The notes below the pieces were generated by a model. That model saw nothing but the letters and a program-made list of their open reading frames with translations, was not told where the DNA came from and did no database searches. The translations under genes and the position numbers were made by a program. Positions 9,270 to 19,063 of a DNA stretch of 64,000 nt are shown here, piece by piece (position 1 is the stretch's first letter; the number at the start of each line of letters is the position of its first letter). The DNA comes from a virus. The stretch is from positions 124,119-188,118 of the IMG/VR virus record IMGVR_UViG_3300032156_000001; one strand, written 5' to 3'.

Positions 9270-10094
9270 ATGGCGTCCGAGCCCGACACCCTCAACGCGC
9301 CGGACTGGCGCTGGTCGATCGCCGGTGAGATGGTGCGCCGCAGCGATCCCCCCGACCGCGGTTCCGACAGGCTGCTGATCCAGGCATACCGCTTCCTGGT
9401 GCGGTTCAAGGATCCGGCGGCGACGGCGCGGTTGCGCCTGCGGAAGGACTACCCGGAGATATACGCCGCGCACGCGCTGTACCGCGACCCCCTCAGCGAG
9501 CGCTGGCTCATCGAGGCCGGCCTGCTGTCCGACGTGCCGTTCCAGGAGCTCGCCGAGTACGTGGCGCAGACGGCCAGGACCGTGGAGACGTACGGGGCCC
9601 TCTTCTTCGACGTGAAGGAGAAGATGAAGTCGCGCGGCTGGGTCATGACGCGCATCCTGATGCCGCCGCGGATGGCCAGCCAGCCGACGGACCTGGACTT
9701 CCTGCTGAAGGCGGTAGCCTACTTCGCCGGCTGGGGCGTCCTGCGCGAGTACCTGGAGGCCAAGCGGCTGAGCCCCGGCGCGCGCACGTACCTGACGGAG
9801 GACTACCGCGACCAGGTGTTGCGCCGCAGCTGGGAGGCGGCCCACAGGGTCGAGATCAACAAGTTCAACGTCGTCGAGGTCATGGAGATGCAGCTAAAGG
9901 CCATGGCGCTGGACCTGCAGCGCGGGGCCGTTTCGGAGCCCGAATTGGTCATCCGGTTGAACGCCGTGTTCGGCGGCTGTAGAATAGGCGTCGCGGCCCC
10001 GGTGCCGATGATAGACGAGCTTGGGCCGAAGGCGCTGGCGCTCCCGGTGCCCATCCGGGACGAGGAGAAAGCGGGAGATGGAAAAGCTCAGTGA
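9270..10094 (+). CDS. Hypothetical helical protein
   Basis: ATG at 9270 (the in-frame 3-prime part of track ORF 7479..10094) has typical codon bias; the upstream part of that ORF is a shadow of 6748..9261. Confidence 0.65.
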   Translation: MASEPDTLNAPDWRWSIAGEMVRRSDPPDRGSDRLLIQAYRFLVRFKDPAATARLRLRKDYPEIYAAHALYRDPLSERWLIEAGLLSDVPFQELAEYVAQTARTVETYGALFFDVKEKMKSRGWVMTRILMPPRMASQPTDLDFLLKAVAYFAGWGVLREYLEAKRLSPGARTYLTEDYRDQVLRRSWEAAHRVEINKFNVVEVMEMQLKAMALDLQRGAVSEPELVIRLNAVFGGCRIGVAAPVPMIDELGPKALALPVPIRDEEKAGDGKAQ

Positions 10095-11367
10095 GGCCGA
10101 CGAGCGGCGCATCCTGGCCGCCATGGAGCGGGTCATCGACGCCACCAACGGCGGCGCCGACCCCAGCGCCGCGATAGCCAAGGTGGCCGCCGACGAGAAG
10201 TTCGCCCCGCCGGTGGTGCAGCGGATGGTCGAGGCGTACAACGTGTCCAAGACCAACGCCTACATGAAGGAGGCCAGCGGCGAGGCCAGGGCCGCCTCCT
10301 TCCCGATAGCCGACGCGGCCAAGGTGCTGGGGGAGATGTACCCCGCCGTTCCTAAGGCCGCCCGCGCGCGGGAGCTGGAGGAGACGGAGGCCATCGCGGC
10401 CTTCTTCGCGCCGAAGGGCGAGTCCGTGGACTTCTTCAAGATCGCCGACGACGGCGGCATCGCGGGACAGGCGGGCGGCAGCGCCGAGGGCGGGCTGGTC
10501 ACTTCCGACCCTGAGAGGGCGGCGGCGCACCCGTTCGACCCCGCCGAGGCGCAGGCGAAGAAGATCAGGAAGCACAGGAAGCTGGAGAAGGACGCCGACG
10601 ACGCGCGCGTGAAGTACGCGGGCGCCTTCTCCGACTGGTTCGGGAAGATGGCCGAGGCCGTGGAATACTTCAAGCGGCCCGACCACATCTCGTTCGCCGA
10701 GGTGGAGAACCGCATCAGCTCCAACTTCGGCGCCCTCGGCAAGGCGGCCATGGACGCGATACACGTCCTGGCCGGCGGGCTGGCGAAGCGGGCAGAGGCG
10801 GCGCCGTACCCGCTGATGGTGGACATCGCCAAGGCGCCGTACAGGTCGATCGTCGAGGCCATGAGCGCCGCGAACGAGGTGGTCAAGTACGCCAGCGACG
10901 CCGCCGCGGCGGCCGTCGCGCTGGAGCAGTACGACCGCGAGAACGGCCTCACGCTGGTAAAGCCGGCGGCAGGCATCCTGGTCAGCACCAAGGACTTCAT
11001 GGAGGCGCTCGGTGTAGGCTCGGACCCTACGGCAACCCGGGCCAGGACCGCAGCGGAGGTCATGGCGCCGGGGCATGAGACGCAGATGCGGGCCGTGAAG
11101 GTCCAGGCGATGATCAACGACCTGGTCTCCAACGATCCCGTCCTGTCCGCGCACGACCCGAACGACGTGGCCGACGCGTACAACCAGATCGCGCAGCTGG
11201 TGCCGCACGTGGCCAGCCAGCCGGTGCTGATGCGCGGCCTGCTGCGGCGCGTGGTCCAGCAGGGCGGCGTGGTCGAGCCGCACGAGCTGAAGCAGGTGTC
11301 CGACCTGGAGAAGCAGAAGGAGCCCGCCCCGCTGCCGTTGGGCGAGCCGGCCAAGCCGAGGGCCTGA
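10078..11367 (+). CDS. Ala-rich coiled-coil protein, candidate internal head protein
   Basis: ATG at 10078 after GGAG; GC3-biased; several K-x-A motifs. Confidence 0.65.
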   Translation: MEKLSEADERRILAAMERVIDATNGGADPSAAIAKVAADEKFAPPVVQRMVEAYNVSKTNAYMKEASGEARAASFPIADAAKVLGEMYPAVPKAARARELEETEAIAAFFAPKGESVDFFKIADDGGIAGQAGGSAEGGLVTSDPERAAAHPFDPAEAQAKKIRKHRKLEKDADDARVKYAGAFSDWFGKMAEAVEYFKRPDHISFAEVENRISSNFGALGKAAMDAIHVLAGGLAKRAEAAPYPLMVDIAKAPYRSIVEAMSAANEVVKYASDAAAAAVALEQYDRENGLTLVKPAAGILVSTKDFMEALGVGSDPTATRARTAAEVMAPGHETQMRAVKVQAMINDLVSNDPVLSAHDPNDVADAYNQIAQLVPHVASQPVLMRGLLRRVVQQGGVVEPHELKQVSDLEKQKEPAPLPLGEPAKPRA

Positions 11368-11372
11368 TTCCG

Positions 11373-12293
11373 GTGGATTTCTGCGAGTCATTGGCCAGGA
11401 CGTGCATTGCGGCGCGGCAGAAGCGCGCCGAGGATCCGGATCCCGCGTCGTTGCGCTCCGAGTTCGAGCGCCTGTCGGCGCGCGAGCGCGTCCTGCGCGA
11501 GTCGGCGTCGGGCATGCAGGAGGAGGCCAAGCGCACGGCCGCCCGGCAGCGCGTGTCCGGCTCCGGCCCGATGGCCACGTTCCTGAAGCGCCTGTTCGTC
11601 CCGATTCCCCTCGGCGCCGGCGAGACCGCGCTGCGGGCCGGCGGGGCCGGCCTGGGCGGGTACTATGGGCACCGCGCCGCCAAGCCCGGCCTGACGCCGA
11701 AGGAGCTGGGCATGGTCATGCTGCCGCCCGAGCGCGGCGGCGGGCCGGCCGGGCCGATAGGCGCCGCTGAACACCTGGAGAACATCCTTAGGCCGATATA
11801 CCAGCAGGCGCAGCTGCCCGCTGGCGTGGAAGGGCCCGCACGTATGCCGTTGATCGACGTGACGAAGCTGCTGGCGGGCAGCCCGGAGAAGGACGTTCTG
11901 GCGGCCCTGGGCAAGCGCCCGCTCGGCTGGGTGCCCGGCATGGGCCTGTCGGAAAGCCAGCAGAAGATCCGGGAGGCCGTGACGGGCGCGTTCGGGCAGG
12001 GCGGGCCCGGCCAGGTCATCGGAAGGCTGGGTTCTGCGGCGGAACGGCTGAAGTCGAAGCAGCCCGCCGCGATGCCGAGGACCTCGTCGAGGCAGATGCT
12101 GGGGACGGTCCTTGGCGCGTACCTGGGTTCCGTGGCGGGCGGGCTGCCGTCCGCGCTGCGCGCCGCGTGGAAGGCCAGGAGCGGCGGCGAGGCTTCCGCC
12201 AATCTGGCCGCCAAGGCGCAGGCCGCGTTGCGGGAGGCCGACGAGGCCGCCGCGTCGCGCGACAGGCTGCTCACGATGCTGGGAGCCAAGTAA
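11373..12293 (+). CDS. Glycine-zipper hypothetical protein (candidate internal/ejection protein)
   Basis: GTG start; AGGAGLGGYYG and LGTVLGAYLGSVAGG segments; stop coupled to the next ATG (TAATG). Confidence 0.6.
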   Translation: MDFCESLARTCIAARQKRAEDPDPASLRSEFERLSARERVLRESASGMQEEAKRTAARQRVSGSGPMATFLKRLFVPIPLGAGETALRAGGAGLGGYYGHRAAKPGLTPKELGMVMLPPERGGGPAGPIGAAEHLENILRPIYQQAQLPAGVEGPARMPLIDVTKLLAGSPEKDVLAALGKRPLGWVPGMGLSESQQKIREAVTGAFGQGGPGQVIGRLGSAAERLKSKQPAAMPRTSSRQMLGTVLGAYLGSVAGGLPSALRAAWKARSGGEASANLAAKAQAALREADEAAASRDRLLTMLGAK

Positions 12294-13057
12294 TGATCAA
12301 GCCGGCGGCGGTGCTGCCATCGTTCCTGTCGCAGACGCTGGGCCACGCCGCGCTGGGCGGGCTGGCCGCCGGCGCGTTGAGCAGCCACGACCGGCTGGTC
12401 GCGGTGCTGCGCGGCGCGCTGACGGGCGCCGGCGGCGGGTTCCTGGGATCGGCGGCGGGGCTGGTCCCACTGGGCGCGGGCAGGCTCGCGACCGGCACCG
12501 TGGCGGAGCACATACCGTACATGCAGGCCGGCGGCCTGATAGGAAGCGTGGCCGGCGGCGCGTACGGCCGGTCGCGCAAGCCCGAGGAGGCCGCGGAGGA
12601 GAAGAAGGCCGGGATCGCTCCCGTGGCATTGGGTTTGGGCCTGGGCGGCATCCTTGGCGGGACGGCCGGTTACAGGGCGACCGGGCAGGATACCTGGAAC
12701 CGTTTGACGCCGAAGCAGAAACTGGCGGTGATCCTGCGCAGCAGCCTTCTCGGTGCCGCCGGCGCCGGCGCCTTGGGAGTCGCCGGCGCCGGCGCCGGCG
12801 GCCGAATAGGAACTTACAGGCTGCGCGGCGCGCTCGACACGCGCGTGAAGGAGCTGGAGAAGGCGCTCGACACGGGCGGGCCGCTGCCGCCCAAGCCCGA
12901 TGTAAGGGCGTTGGCCGGCCTGGTGCGCACCCCCGCGTTGATGGGAATGGCCGCCGGCGGGCTAACTGGAGGCGTCCTGGGCGGTCTGTTCGGCAGGGCG
13001 GGCGGCAAGGCGCGCGGCGGCAGGCGGCGCGCGATGGAGCAGGACGAAGATGTATAA
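12293..13057 (+). CDS. Multi-glycine-zipper protein, predicted membrane-interacting ejection protein
   Basis: ATG in the TAATG overlap; several GxxxGxxxG hydrophobic helices in two similar halves separated by EEKKAG. Confidence 0.65.
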   Translation: MIKPAAVLPSFLSQTLGHAALGGLAAGALSSHDRLVAVLRGALTGAGGGFLGSAAGLVPLGAGRLATGTVAEHIPYMQAGGLIGSVAGGAYGRSRKPEEAAEEKKAGIAPVALGLGLGGILGGTAGYRATGQDTWNRLTPKQKLAVILRSSLLGAAGAGALGVAGAGAGGRIGTYRLRGALDTRVKELEKALDTGGPLPPKPDVRALAGLVRTPALMGMAAGGLTGGVLGGLFGRAGGKARGGRRRAMEQDEDV

Positions 13058-14528
13058 GGTCATCCCGCACGGCTCGTTCGATTTCGGCATGCCGGCCGCC
13101 CGGCTGGTGGACCTGCACCGCGGCGGCGTGGACTCGGCGTGGCTGGAGAAGCGCGCGGCCGTCCTGACGCGGGAGATCGCCGAGCTGAGGCCGCGGCCGG
13201 GGCACAGCTACGTCCACCTGATCTCGCTGGGCTCCATGGAGCACTACGGCTGCAACAGGAACGGCGACGCGTTCCCGTACAAGAGCGCTACGTACGAGCT
13301 GCCCATGCCGAAGGGCGGTCAGAAGCTCATCAAGCTCGCCGACGGCCTGTCCAGGATGCACGCGACCTTCATGCAGGGGCACGTCTTCAAGCATCACCAG
13401 AACGACAACCCCGAGAAGTCGATCGGCAAGATCGCCGCCGAGGCGTACAACCCCGAGATGCACCGCGGCGAGCTGATCATCGAGGTGCCGCACGGGAAGG
13501 AGTGGGACGACGACCTGCAGAAACTGGCGAGCGGCCAGGACATCGCCTTCTCGATGAGTATGCGCGAGCCGCACGACACGTGCAGCGCATGCGGCAACCA
13601 GGCGACGTCGCGGGCGAGGTACTGCGACCACCTGCGCGACCACATGACGGAGATACTCAAGAGCGGCCACCAAGTGTTCGCCATCAACGACGTAGGCTCT
13701 TTTTTCGATATCAGCAAGGTGATGCGCCCCGCCGACAGGATCGCGTTCTCGCTGAGGAAGGTTGCCGAGCTGCTCGCGGTGGGCGGGGCCGCCCTTGCCG
13801 AGGAGCTCGGGATGATCGACGCCGCGGGCTCGCCCCGCAGCGTCCCAGCCGCAATGTCGCGGAAGGTCGCGGCGGCCGAAAAGCTGTCCGCGATGGAGAA
13901 GCGGGTCGGTGCCGCCGCGCGCGGAGAGGACAACACGGAGCTGTTGCAGCAGGCGCGCGGTTGCCCGTCGCGGGAGCTCAACGACGACGAGATTTCCGGG
14001 CTGAAGAGCGCGCGGCTCGGCCCGGTGCTCGGCGCGTTGGCCGACGCGAAGATCTGCCTCTCGGTCCGCGATTTCGCGCGGCTGGTGCAGGGGCCGAGTC
14101 GCGGCCCCTCGGACGGCGACATCGGCTTGGTCGAGCGGATGCTGCCGGACCTGCATTCCCGCCTGTCCGACGGGGATGCGCAAAGCTGCGCCGCTGACGG
14201 GTCGTACGACTCCGACGAGGGGTCGGCCGGTCCTCTCGGCGCCTCGATTCCGCGGCACGTGCGCGACTTGATCGGCCGGCTGATGGACGACCATTCGTTG
14301 GCCGAGGGCCCGGTCCGGCGGAGGATCACGATCGTCACGATCCGCGGCCTGAAGCCGGAGACGGCCCAGCCGGAAAAGTCGAAGGTTGCCGTGGACTCGA
14401 CTTCGGCATATACTCTCGCTCGGGAGTATGCGAAGTACCGGCTCGCCTTTCTGGCCAAGCAGGGAGCCGACGCTGAGCGATGTGCCTTGTTGACAGTCCT
14501 GCGCGGCTGCGTTAGATTCGTGCCGTGA
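13050..14528 (+). CDS. Prohead (capsid maturation) serine protease, HK97/assemblin-like, with a Cys/His Zn-ribbon insertion
   Basis: Motif order RNGDAF...FKHHQN (His)...GELII...FSMS (Ser)...DTCSACGN...YCDHL...FFDISKVMRPAD; lies upstream of scaffold and capsid genes. Confidence 0.8.
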   Translation: MYKVIPHGSFDFGMPAARLVDLHRGGVDSAWLEKRAAVLTREIAELRPRPGHSYVHLISLGSMEHYGCNRNGDAFPYKSATYELPMPKGGQKLIKLADGLSRMHATFMQGHVFKHHQNDNPEKSIGKIAAEAYNPEMHRGELIIEVPHGKEWDDDLQKLASGQDIAFSMSMREPHDTCSACGNQATSRARYCDHLRDHMTEILKSGHQVFAINDVGSFFDISKVMRPADRIAFSLRKVAELLAVGGAALAEELGMIDAAGSPRSVPAAMSRKVAAAEKLSAMEKRVGAAARGEDNTELLQQARGCPSRELNDDEISGLKSARLGPVLGALADAKICLSVRDFARLVQGPSRGPSDGDIGLVERMLPDLHSRLSDGDAQSCAADGSYDSDEGSAGPLGASIPRHVRDLIGRLMDDHSLAEGPVRRRITIVTIRGLKPETAQPEKSKVAVDSTSAYTLAREYAKYRLAFLAKQGADAERCALLTVLRGCVRFVP

Positions 14529-14574
14529 AGGGGCCTGGAGAGCTTGGCTTGACTGGGACCTGAGGAGGCTTGAC

Positions 14575-15903
14575 ATGGCAGACAAAGTCGGAAACGCCCT
14601 CGACCTGTGCGACAAGTTCCTGAAGCAGGCGCAGGAACAGCAGGCGAAGCTGGCCAGCGAGACGAAGAAGGCCGATCCCGGCTCCGATCAGATGGGAACG
14701 AGCACGTCGCATCCCTCCGGCAGCGCGCCGGACGGCACCCGCCCTGCGGCGACGGGCTCTCGCGCCGCCGAGAACGAGGCGGACGTGAAGAAGGCCATCG
14801 GCAGCACGGGCGTCACCGGGCAGCAGGACGCCAACTCGGTCGCCGGCAAGTCGACCGCGCCCGCGGTCAAGGACCACGTCGGCGCGTCCGACGAGGGGCT
14901 CAAGGGCACCACGCCCGCCCCGGCGGCGACCTTGCCGAAGCCGCCCGAGTCGCCCAGCCATCCCAGCAACGAGCCGTTCTCGATCAAGTATTCCTCGCTG
15001 ATTGCGGCGGGGAACGCCCTGGTCGAGAAGCTCGGCGAGCTGGCCAAGAAGTCCGACCCGGACCCCGACCCCGAACCCGATCCCGACCCCGGCAAGATGC
15101 CTCCTCAGCTCGCGGCCGCGAAGGCCAAGAAGGAAAAGAAGGAGGGGGATAAGGACACTGTCTCGGACCCTCCCAAGGCCGCGGCGGAGCGGGCTGAGCT
15201 CGCCAAGGAAGCCGACATGTACGTCGACGACCTCAAGGCCGGCCACCTGACCGCGGCAGCCCTCAAGGGCGAAGATGGCGCGCAGGAGAAGCTGGCGGAG
15301 TTCGCCGGCCAGATGGTCGAGAAGTACAGGGGCGAGGCCGAGGCCGGCGCGAAGGCGGCCGAGCAGGTGGTCGGGCTCACCAAGGAGCAGACGAAGGCTG
15401 CCGCCGACATGGCGGCGCAGATCATCAAGGCCGCCGAGGGCGACGCCGACATGTACGGGTCGTTCCTGGGCGGGATGGGCGAGGGCGGGCCCGATGCCGG
15501 CGCGGCTGCTGGCGCTAGCCCGGCAGGCCTCGGCGCCGGCCCGGAAGGCCCCGGAGGGGGCCAGGACGCCCAGATCGAGCAGCTGGCCGCGATGCTCGAC
15601 GAGATGGGCATCACCCCCGAGGAAGTGATCCAGGCGATCCAGAGCGGCGCGCTGTCGGGCGCCGGCGGAGAAGGCGGCGGGGCTCCCCCTGGCCCGCCGG
15701 CTGGCCCGCCGGCCGGTCCGTCGGTCCCGGCCGCCCCCGAGAAGGAAGAGAAGGGCGAGAAGGAAGAGAAGGGCGAGAAGGAAGAGAAGGAGGGCGCCGC
15801 AAGCCCTCTGGCGAAGATGGCCGCGTCGATCGTCGACAAGGTGGTCCAGCTTCGGCAGGCGAAGCAGGCGAAGCAGGGGAAGGCCGCGGCACCCGCGAAG
15901 TAG
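14575..15903 (+). CDS. Scaffolding-like protein
   Basis: GAGGAGG SD; charged, low-complexity, helical; lies between protease and decoration/capsid genes; rich in K-x-A motifs. Confidence 0.55.
   Translation: MADKVGNALDLCDKFLKQAQEQQAKLASETKKADPGSDQMGTSTSHPSGSAPDGTRPAATGSRAAENEADVKKAIGSTGVTGQQDANSVAGKSTAPAVKDHVGASDEGLKGTTPAPAATLPKPPESPSHPSNEPFSIKYSSLIAAGNALVEKLGELAKKSDPDPDPEPDPDPGKMPPQLAAAKAKKEKKEGDKDTVSDPPKAAAERAELAKEADMYVDDLKAGHLTAAALKGEDGAQEKLAEFAGQMVEKYRGEAEAGAKAAEQVVGLTKEQTKAAADMAAQIIKAAEGDADMYGSFLGGMGEGGPDAGAAAGASPAGLGAGPEGPGGGQDAQIEQLAAMLDEMGITPEEVIQAIQSGALSGAGGEGGGAPPGPPAGPPAGPSVPAAPEKEEKGEKEEKGEKEEKEGAASPLAKMAASIVDKVVQLRQAKQAKQGKAAAPAK
15739..15792 (+). repeat. 18-bp coding tandem repeat x3 (EKEEKG)
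   Basis: GAGAAGGAAGAGAAGGGC twice, plus a third copy ending GAG. Confidence 0.85.
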
Positions 15904-15952
15904 GCTTGCGACCGGCGTTGACGCCGTTGACGCTTGAGAAGGAGAAGGAAAG

Positions 15953-16339
15953 ATGAAACTGACCCCCGAACTGCTGAAGGGCGTGACGGACTACGTCAAG
16001 GGCGCCCAGGAGCTGGTTCAGGCGGAGGCCGCGGAGCGCCAGAAGATCGCCGAGGCCGCGCCCGCCGCGGTGGACGCCCTGATCAAGGCCGGCGCCGTGG
16101 ATCCCGCGGGCCGCGAGCTCGCGATCAAGCAGCTGACCGAGGAGCCCCACCGGGCCGTGGTCAGCCTCCAGAATATGGCGGAGCGCCAGATGAAGGCCGC
16201 CGGGGCCACCAAGCAGGCCTCGTTGGGCCAGCCGGCCGCTCCTGTAAACGCCGGCGCGCCCGATCCCGACTGGAAGGTCAAGAAGGGCGAGGCGGACCGG
16301 GTGTTCGCGGAGGCGTTCGGCTTCAGCACTGGGGCCTGA
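15953..16339 (+). CDS. Small Ala-rich head-region protein
   Basis: AAGGAGAAGG SD; GC3 bias; KQASLG motif. Confidence 0.7.
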   Translation: MKLTPELLKGVTDYVKGAQELVQAEAAERQKIAEAAPAAVDALIKAGAVDPAGRELAIKQLTEEPHRAVVSLQNMAERQMKAAGATKQASLGQPAAPVNAGAPDPDWKVKKGEADRVFAEAFGFSTGA

Positions 16340-16415
16340 ACCCTGGGACTACAAGGGCCGGCGGCGTGCCCGCGCAGCGGGTAGCAGCCCGGCGGACAAG
16401 TAAGGAGAGAGGCAA

Positions 16416-16928
16416 ATGACGACTCCTGCCCAGATGTACGACCACGAACTGAACGTGGTGAAGGGCTGGCCGGGCCCGAGCGCGCTCGACAAGACGAAGG
16501 TGATCAAGGTCGGCGAGACGATCCAGCGCGGGCGGGTCATGTCCATCGACCCCATCGCGGATCAGCTCGTCCTCGGCGCGCCCGACAACGCCATGCCCAT
16601 CTTCGCGTTCCCCAGCACGTCGGACTTCGACGTGTACAGCGACACGGGGAACATCTCCGGCGGGCACGGGATGGGGCTGGTCGCCACCGGCGGCTTCGAG
16701 GTGGAGACGACCGAGTTCCTCGGCGCGGACTTCCCGCCGAACACGCCGCTGACGCCGCACAACGGCGCCGACGCGGACAAGGGGAAGGTCGAGGCGACCG
16801 ACTTCAGCTACGTCGACATGCTCTGCGGGATCGTCTCGGACGCGGGGCCGCTCGCCAACGAGTTCCGCAAGTCGGTGCTGCGGTTCTGGACCCTCTACAT
16901 CCCGTTCATCGACAAGGGCGGCGGGTAG
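16416..16928 (+). CDS. Head decoration/cement-like protein, paralog 1
   Basis: TAAGGAG SD; beta-rich; lies just upstream of the capsid gene; near-identical N-terminus to the next gene. Confidence 0.55.
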   Translation: MTTPAQMYDHELNVVKGWPGPSALDKTKVIKVGETIQRGRVMSIDPIADQLVLGAPDNAMPIFAFPSTSDFDVYSDTGNISGGHGMGLVATGGFEVETTEFLGADFPPNTPLTPHNGADADKGKVEATDFSYVDMLCGIVSDAGPLANEFRKSVLRFWTLYIPFIDKGGG

Positions 16929-16981
16929 CAAGCGGGCGAAAAGCGGCTCCGGCGCGGGCCGGGCTGGTAAGGAGACAGGCG

Positions 16982-17614
16982 ATGACGACTCCTGCACAGA
17001 TGTTCGACCACGAGCTGAACCCGGTCAAGGGTTGGCCCGGGCCGGCTGCGCTGGACAAGACGAAGGCGATCGGGCCGGGCGAGTCGATCCAGCGCGGGCG
17101 GGTCATGTCCATCGGCCCGAACGACACGCTCATCCTGGGCGCGTACTTCAACGCGATGCCCATCTTCGCGTTCCCGAGCACCGACGACTTCGACGTCGCG
17201 AGCGACGTCGGCAACTTCTCTGGCGGGCATGGCATGGGCCTGGTGGCCACCGGGCACTTCGAGGTGGAAACCACCGAGTTCATGACCAGCTTCGAGGAGC
17301 TCAGGTTCACCTACCCGCCGAACACGCCAGTGGCGCCGTGGCTCTACTCGGCGAACGACGTCGGGAAGATCTTCCCGACCGGCTTCACGCTGTTCGACCG
17401 GATCTTCGACCAGATCTGCGGGATCGTCTCCGACGCGAGCCCGCTCACCAACGAGTTCCAGAAGCAGGTGGTCAGGTTCTGGACCACCTACATCCCGTAC
17501 ATCGACATCGGGGAATGGAAGAGCAAGGACAAGCTGCTGCCCCCCGGCAAGCGCTCGGAAGCGGAAGTGAGGAAGTTGGCGGCCGCATGGCGGGCGCGGG
17601 GAAAGGCGAAGTAG
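16982..17614 (+). CDS. Head decoration/cement-like protein, paralog 2 (basic C-terminal extension)
   Basis: MTTPAQMFDHELNPVKGWPGPAALDKTK vs MTTPAQMYDHELNVVKGWPGPSALDKTK; same SD context. Confidence 0.55.
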   Translation: MTTPAQMFDHELNPVKGWPGPAALDKTKAIGPGESIQRGRVMSIGPNDTLILGAYFNAMPIFAFPSTDDFDVASDVGNFSGGHGMGLVATGHFEVETTEFMTSFEELRFTYPPNTPVAPWLYSANDVGKIFPTGFTLFDRIFDQICGIVSDASPLTNEFQKQVVRFWTTYIPYIDIGEWKSKDKLLPPGKRSEAEVRKLAAAWRARGKAK

Positions 17615-17683
17615 GAAACTGGCGCCGGTCCAGCCACCAAGGGCGGCCCGGCTTGGGAAGGCTTGGAAGAGAGGGTCACTGAG

Positions 17684-18613
17684 ATGGAACCGACCACGGA
17701 ACTGCTGAATCGGGCCGTCATAGACCGGCTCACCTCGGACGATCCCGGGATGGTGAAGGAAGCCGTCACGGCGATCAACGAGTACACGCGGGTGAAGCTG
17801 CGCGAAGACGGCTTCCTGAGGCGGGTGCTCCCGCCCCTGACGATCACGGAGTTCGACCGGCAGGTCGACACCGACAAGCCGGTCAAGGTCGTGGACAAGG
17901 AACCGGACTCCCCGGCCGCGATCAGCGTGCCGTTCGGCTCCTCGCCCATGAACCGGTACATCCGCGGGCCCCGCTACCGCGTGATGTTCGACCGGATCCT
18001 CACGCCGAAGTTCACCAAGGACGTCGTCGAGCTGATGACCTGGCACATGGACATCCGCCAGATCCTCAGCGACAACGCCATCAAGGACATGATGGCCGAG
18101 GAGGACAACAAGTTCCTCCTGGCGGTCAACACCGTCCTGGTGGCCCCCGGCAGCGTCCTGCCCGACACGGGCATCGCGCAGTGGGTCACGCTCAGCGGCG
18201 GAGTGACCAGGGACACGCTGGCTGCGGCCATGCAGGTCCTCCCGGGCAGCTTCCAGCGCTTGGTCGCGGCCACGGTGCTGGTCAACCAGATCACCATCTG
18301 GGAGTTCGTGAAGTGGGGCCGCGACGAGGTCGGCGGCGACGACGCGCAGGCCACGCTGCGCCAGGGCTTCCAGGAACGCGAGCTCATGGGGGTCCGCTTC
18401 ATCGTCACGATCAAGTGGGACCTGGTCCCGACGAACACGATCTTCCTGTTCGCCGAGCCGAAGTTCCTCGGCAAGCTGTACATGATCGAGGACGTCACGA
18501 TGTACGTGAACAAGCGGGCGTTCATGCTCGAGTTCTTCGCGTACGAGTGCCTCGGCGGGGCGATCGGGAACGTGGCCGCGGTCGGCCGCGTGGACTTCAC
18601 GACCGAGACGTAG
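17684..18613 (+). CDS. Major capsid protein (HK97 fold)
   Basis: About 309 aa with very strong codon bias. HK97-type layout: EDGFLRRVLPP, PKFTKDVVEL, DIRQIL...IKDMMAEEDNKFL backbone helix, FFAYECLGGAIGN P-domain end. Followed by a hairpin. Confidence 0.85.
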   Translation: MEPTTELLNRAVIDRLTSDDPGMVKEAVTAINEYTRVKLREDGFLRRVLPPLTITEFDRQVDTDKPVKVVDKEPDSPAAISVPFGSSPMNRYIRGPRYRVMFDRILTPKFTKDVVELMTWHMDIRQILSDNAIKDMMAEEDNKFLLAVNTVLVAPGSVLPDTGIAQWVTLSGGVTRDTLAAAMQVLPGSFQRLVAATVLVNQITIWEFVKWGRDEVGGDDAQATLRQGFQERELMGVRFIVTIKWDLVPTNTIFLFAEPKFLGKLYMIEDVTMYVNKRAFMLEFFAYECLGGAIGNVAAVGRVDFTTET

Positions 18614-18625
18614 CCTTCCGCAGGC

Positions 18626-18666
18626 CCGGCGGGCCCGGCGCAGGGTCCGGGCCCGCCGGTTGTGCT
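18626..18666 (+). terminator. GC-rich stem-loop after the capsid gene (terminator or mRNA-stabilising hairpin)
   Basis: 13-bp perfect stem CCGGCGGGCCCGG / CCGGGCCCGCCGG with an 8-nt loop, followed by TTGTGCT (weak U-tract). Confidence 0.6.
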
Positions 18667-18704
18667 GGCTGTGGCATTGGCAAACGGACGGAGAGGACTT
18701 CGCG

Positions 18705-19040
18705 ATGAACCTGGCACAGATGACGCCGGCGCAGCGGGAAGTGGCGGCCAAGCTGTACGTGCCCGCCTTCCTGTCGAAGATGGCGGAGCTCGGCCGGCCG
18801 ATCCAGACCGCCGAGCAGCTGGACGACGCGCTGGAGACCGTGGCGCTGCTGAAGGCCGCGCAGCTCCAGGCACAGGCCGCGCCGGACATGCACAAGACGG
18901 CCAATGCGCGCCTGAAGGCGGCGCTGGGCATGCAGCCCGGCGTCGACGAGCCGCTCCGCAAGATGGCGGAAAGGCTCGTGGCCGAGGATCCGCAGCTGGC
19001 GGCGGCGCTGCTGACGGCGCCCGAAGCGCCGGCGAAGTAG
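18705..19040 (+). CDS. Small helical head-associated hypothetical protein
   Basis: GAGAGGA SD before the ATG at 18705; KMAE, KAAQ and KTAN motifs. Confidence 0.65.
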   Translation: MNLAQMTPAQREVAAKLYVPAFLSKMAELGRPIQTAEQLDDALETVALLKAAQLQAQAAPDMHKTANARLKAALGMQPGVDEPLRKMAERLVAEDPQLAAALLTAPEAPAK

Positions 19041-19063
19041 CATAGGGGATCCAGAGGGCGACG

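Noticed and set aside
6748-11367. Portal or terminase assignment for the large head-region ORFs
   Set aside because: No Walker A/B, nuclease or portal-like pattern was recognised; these genes probably lie outside the window.
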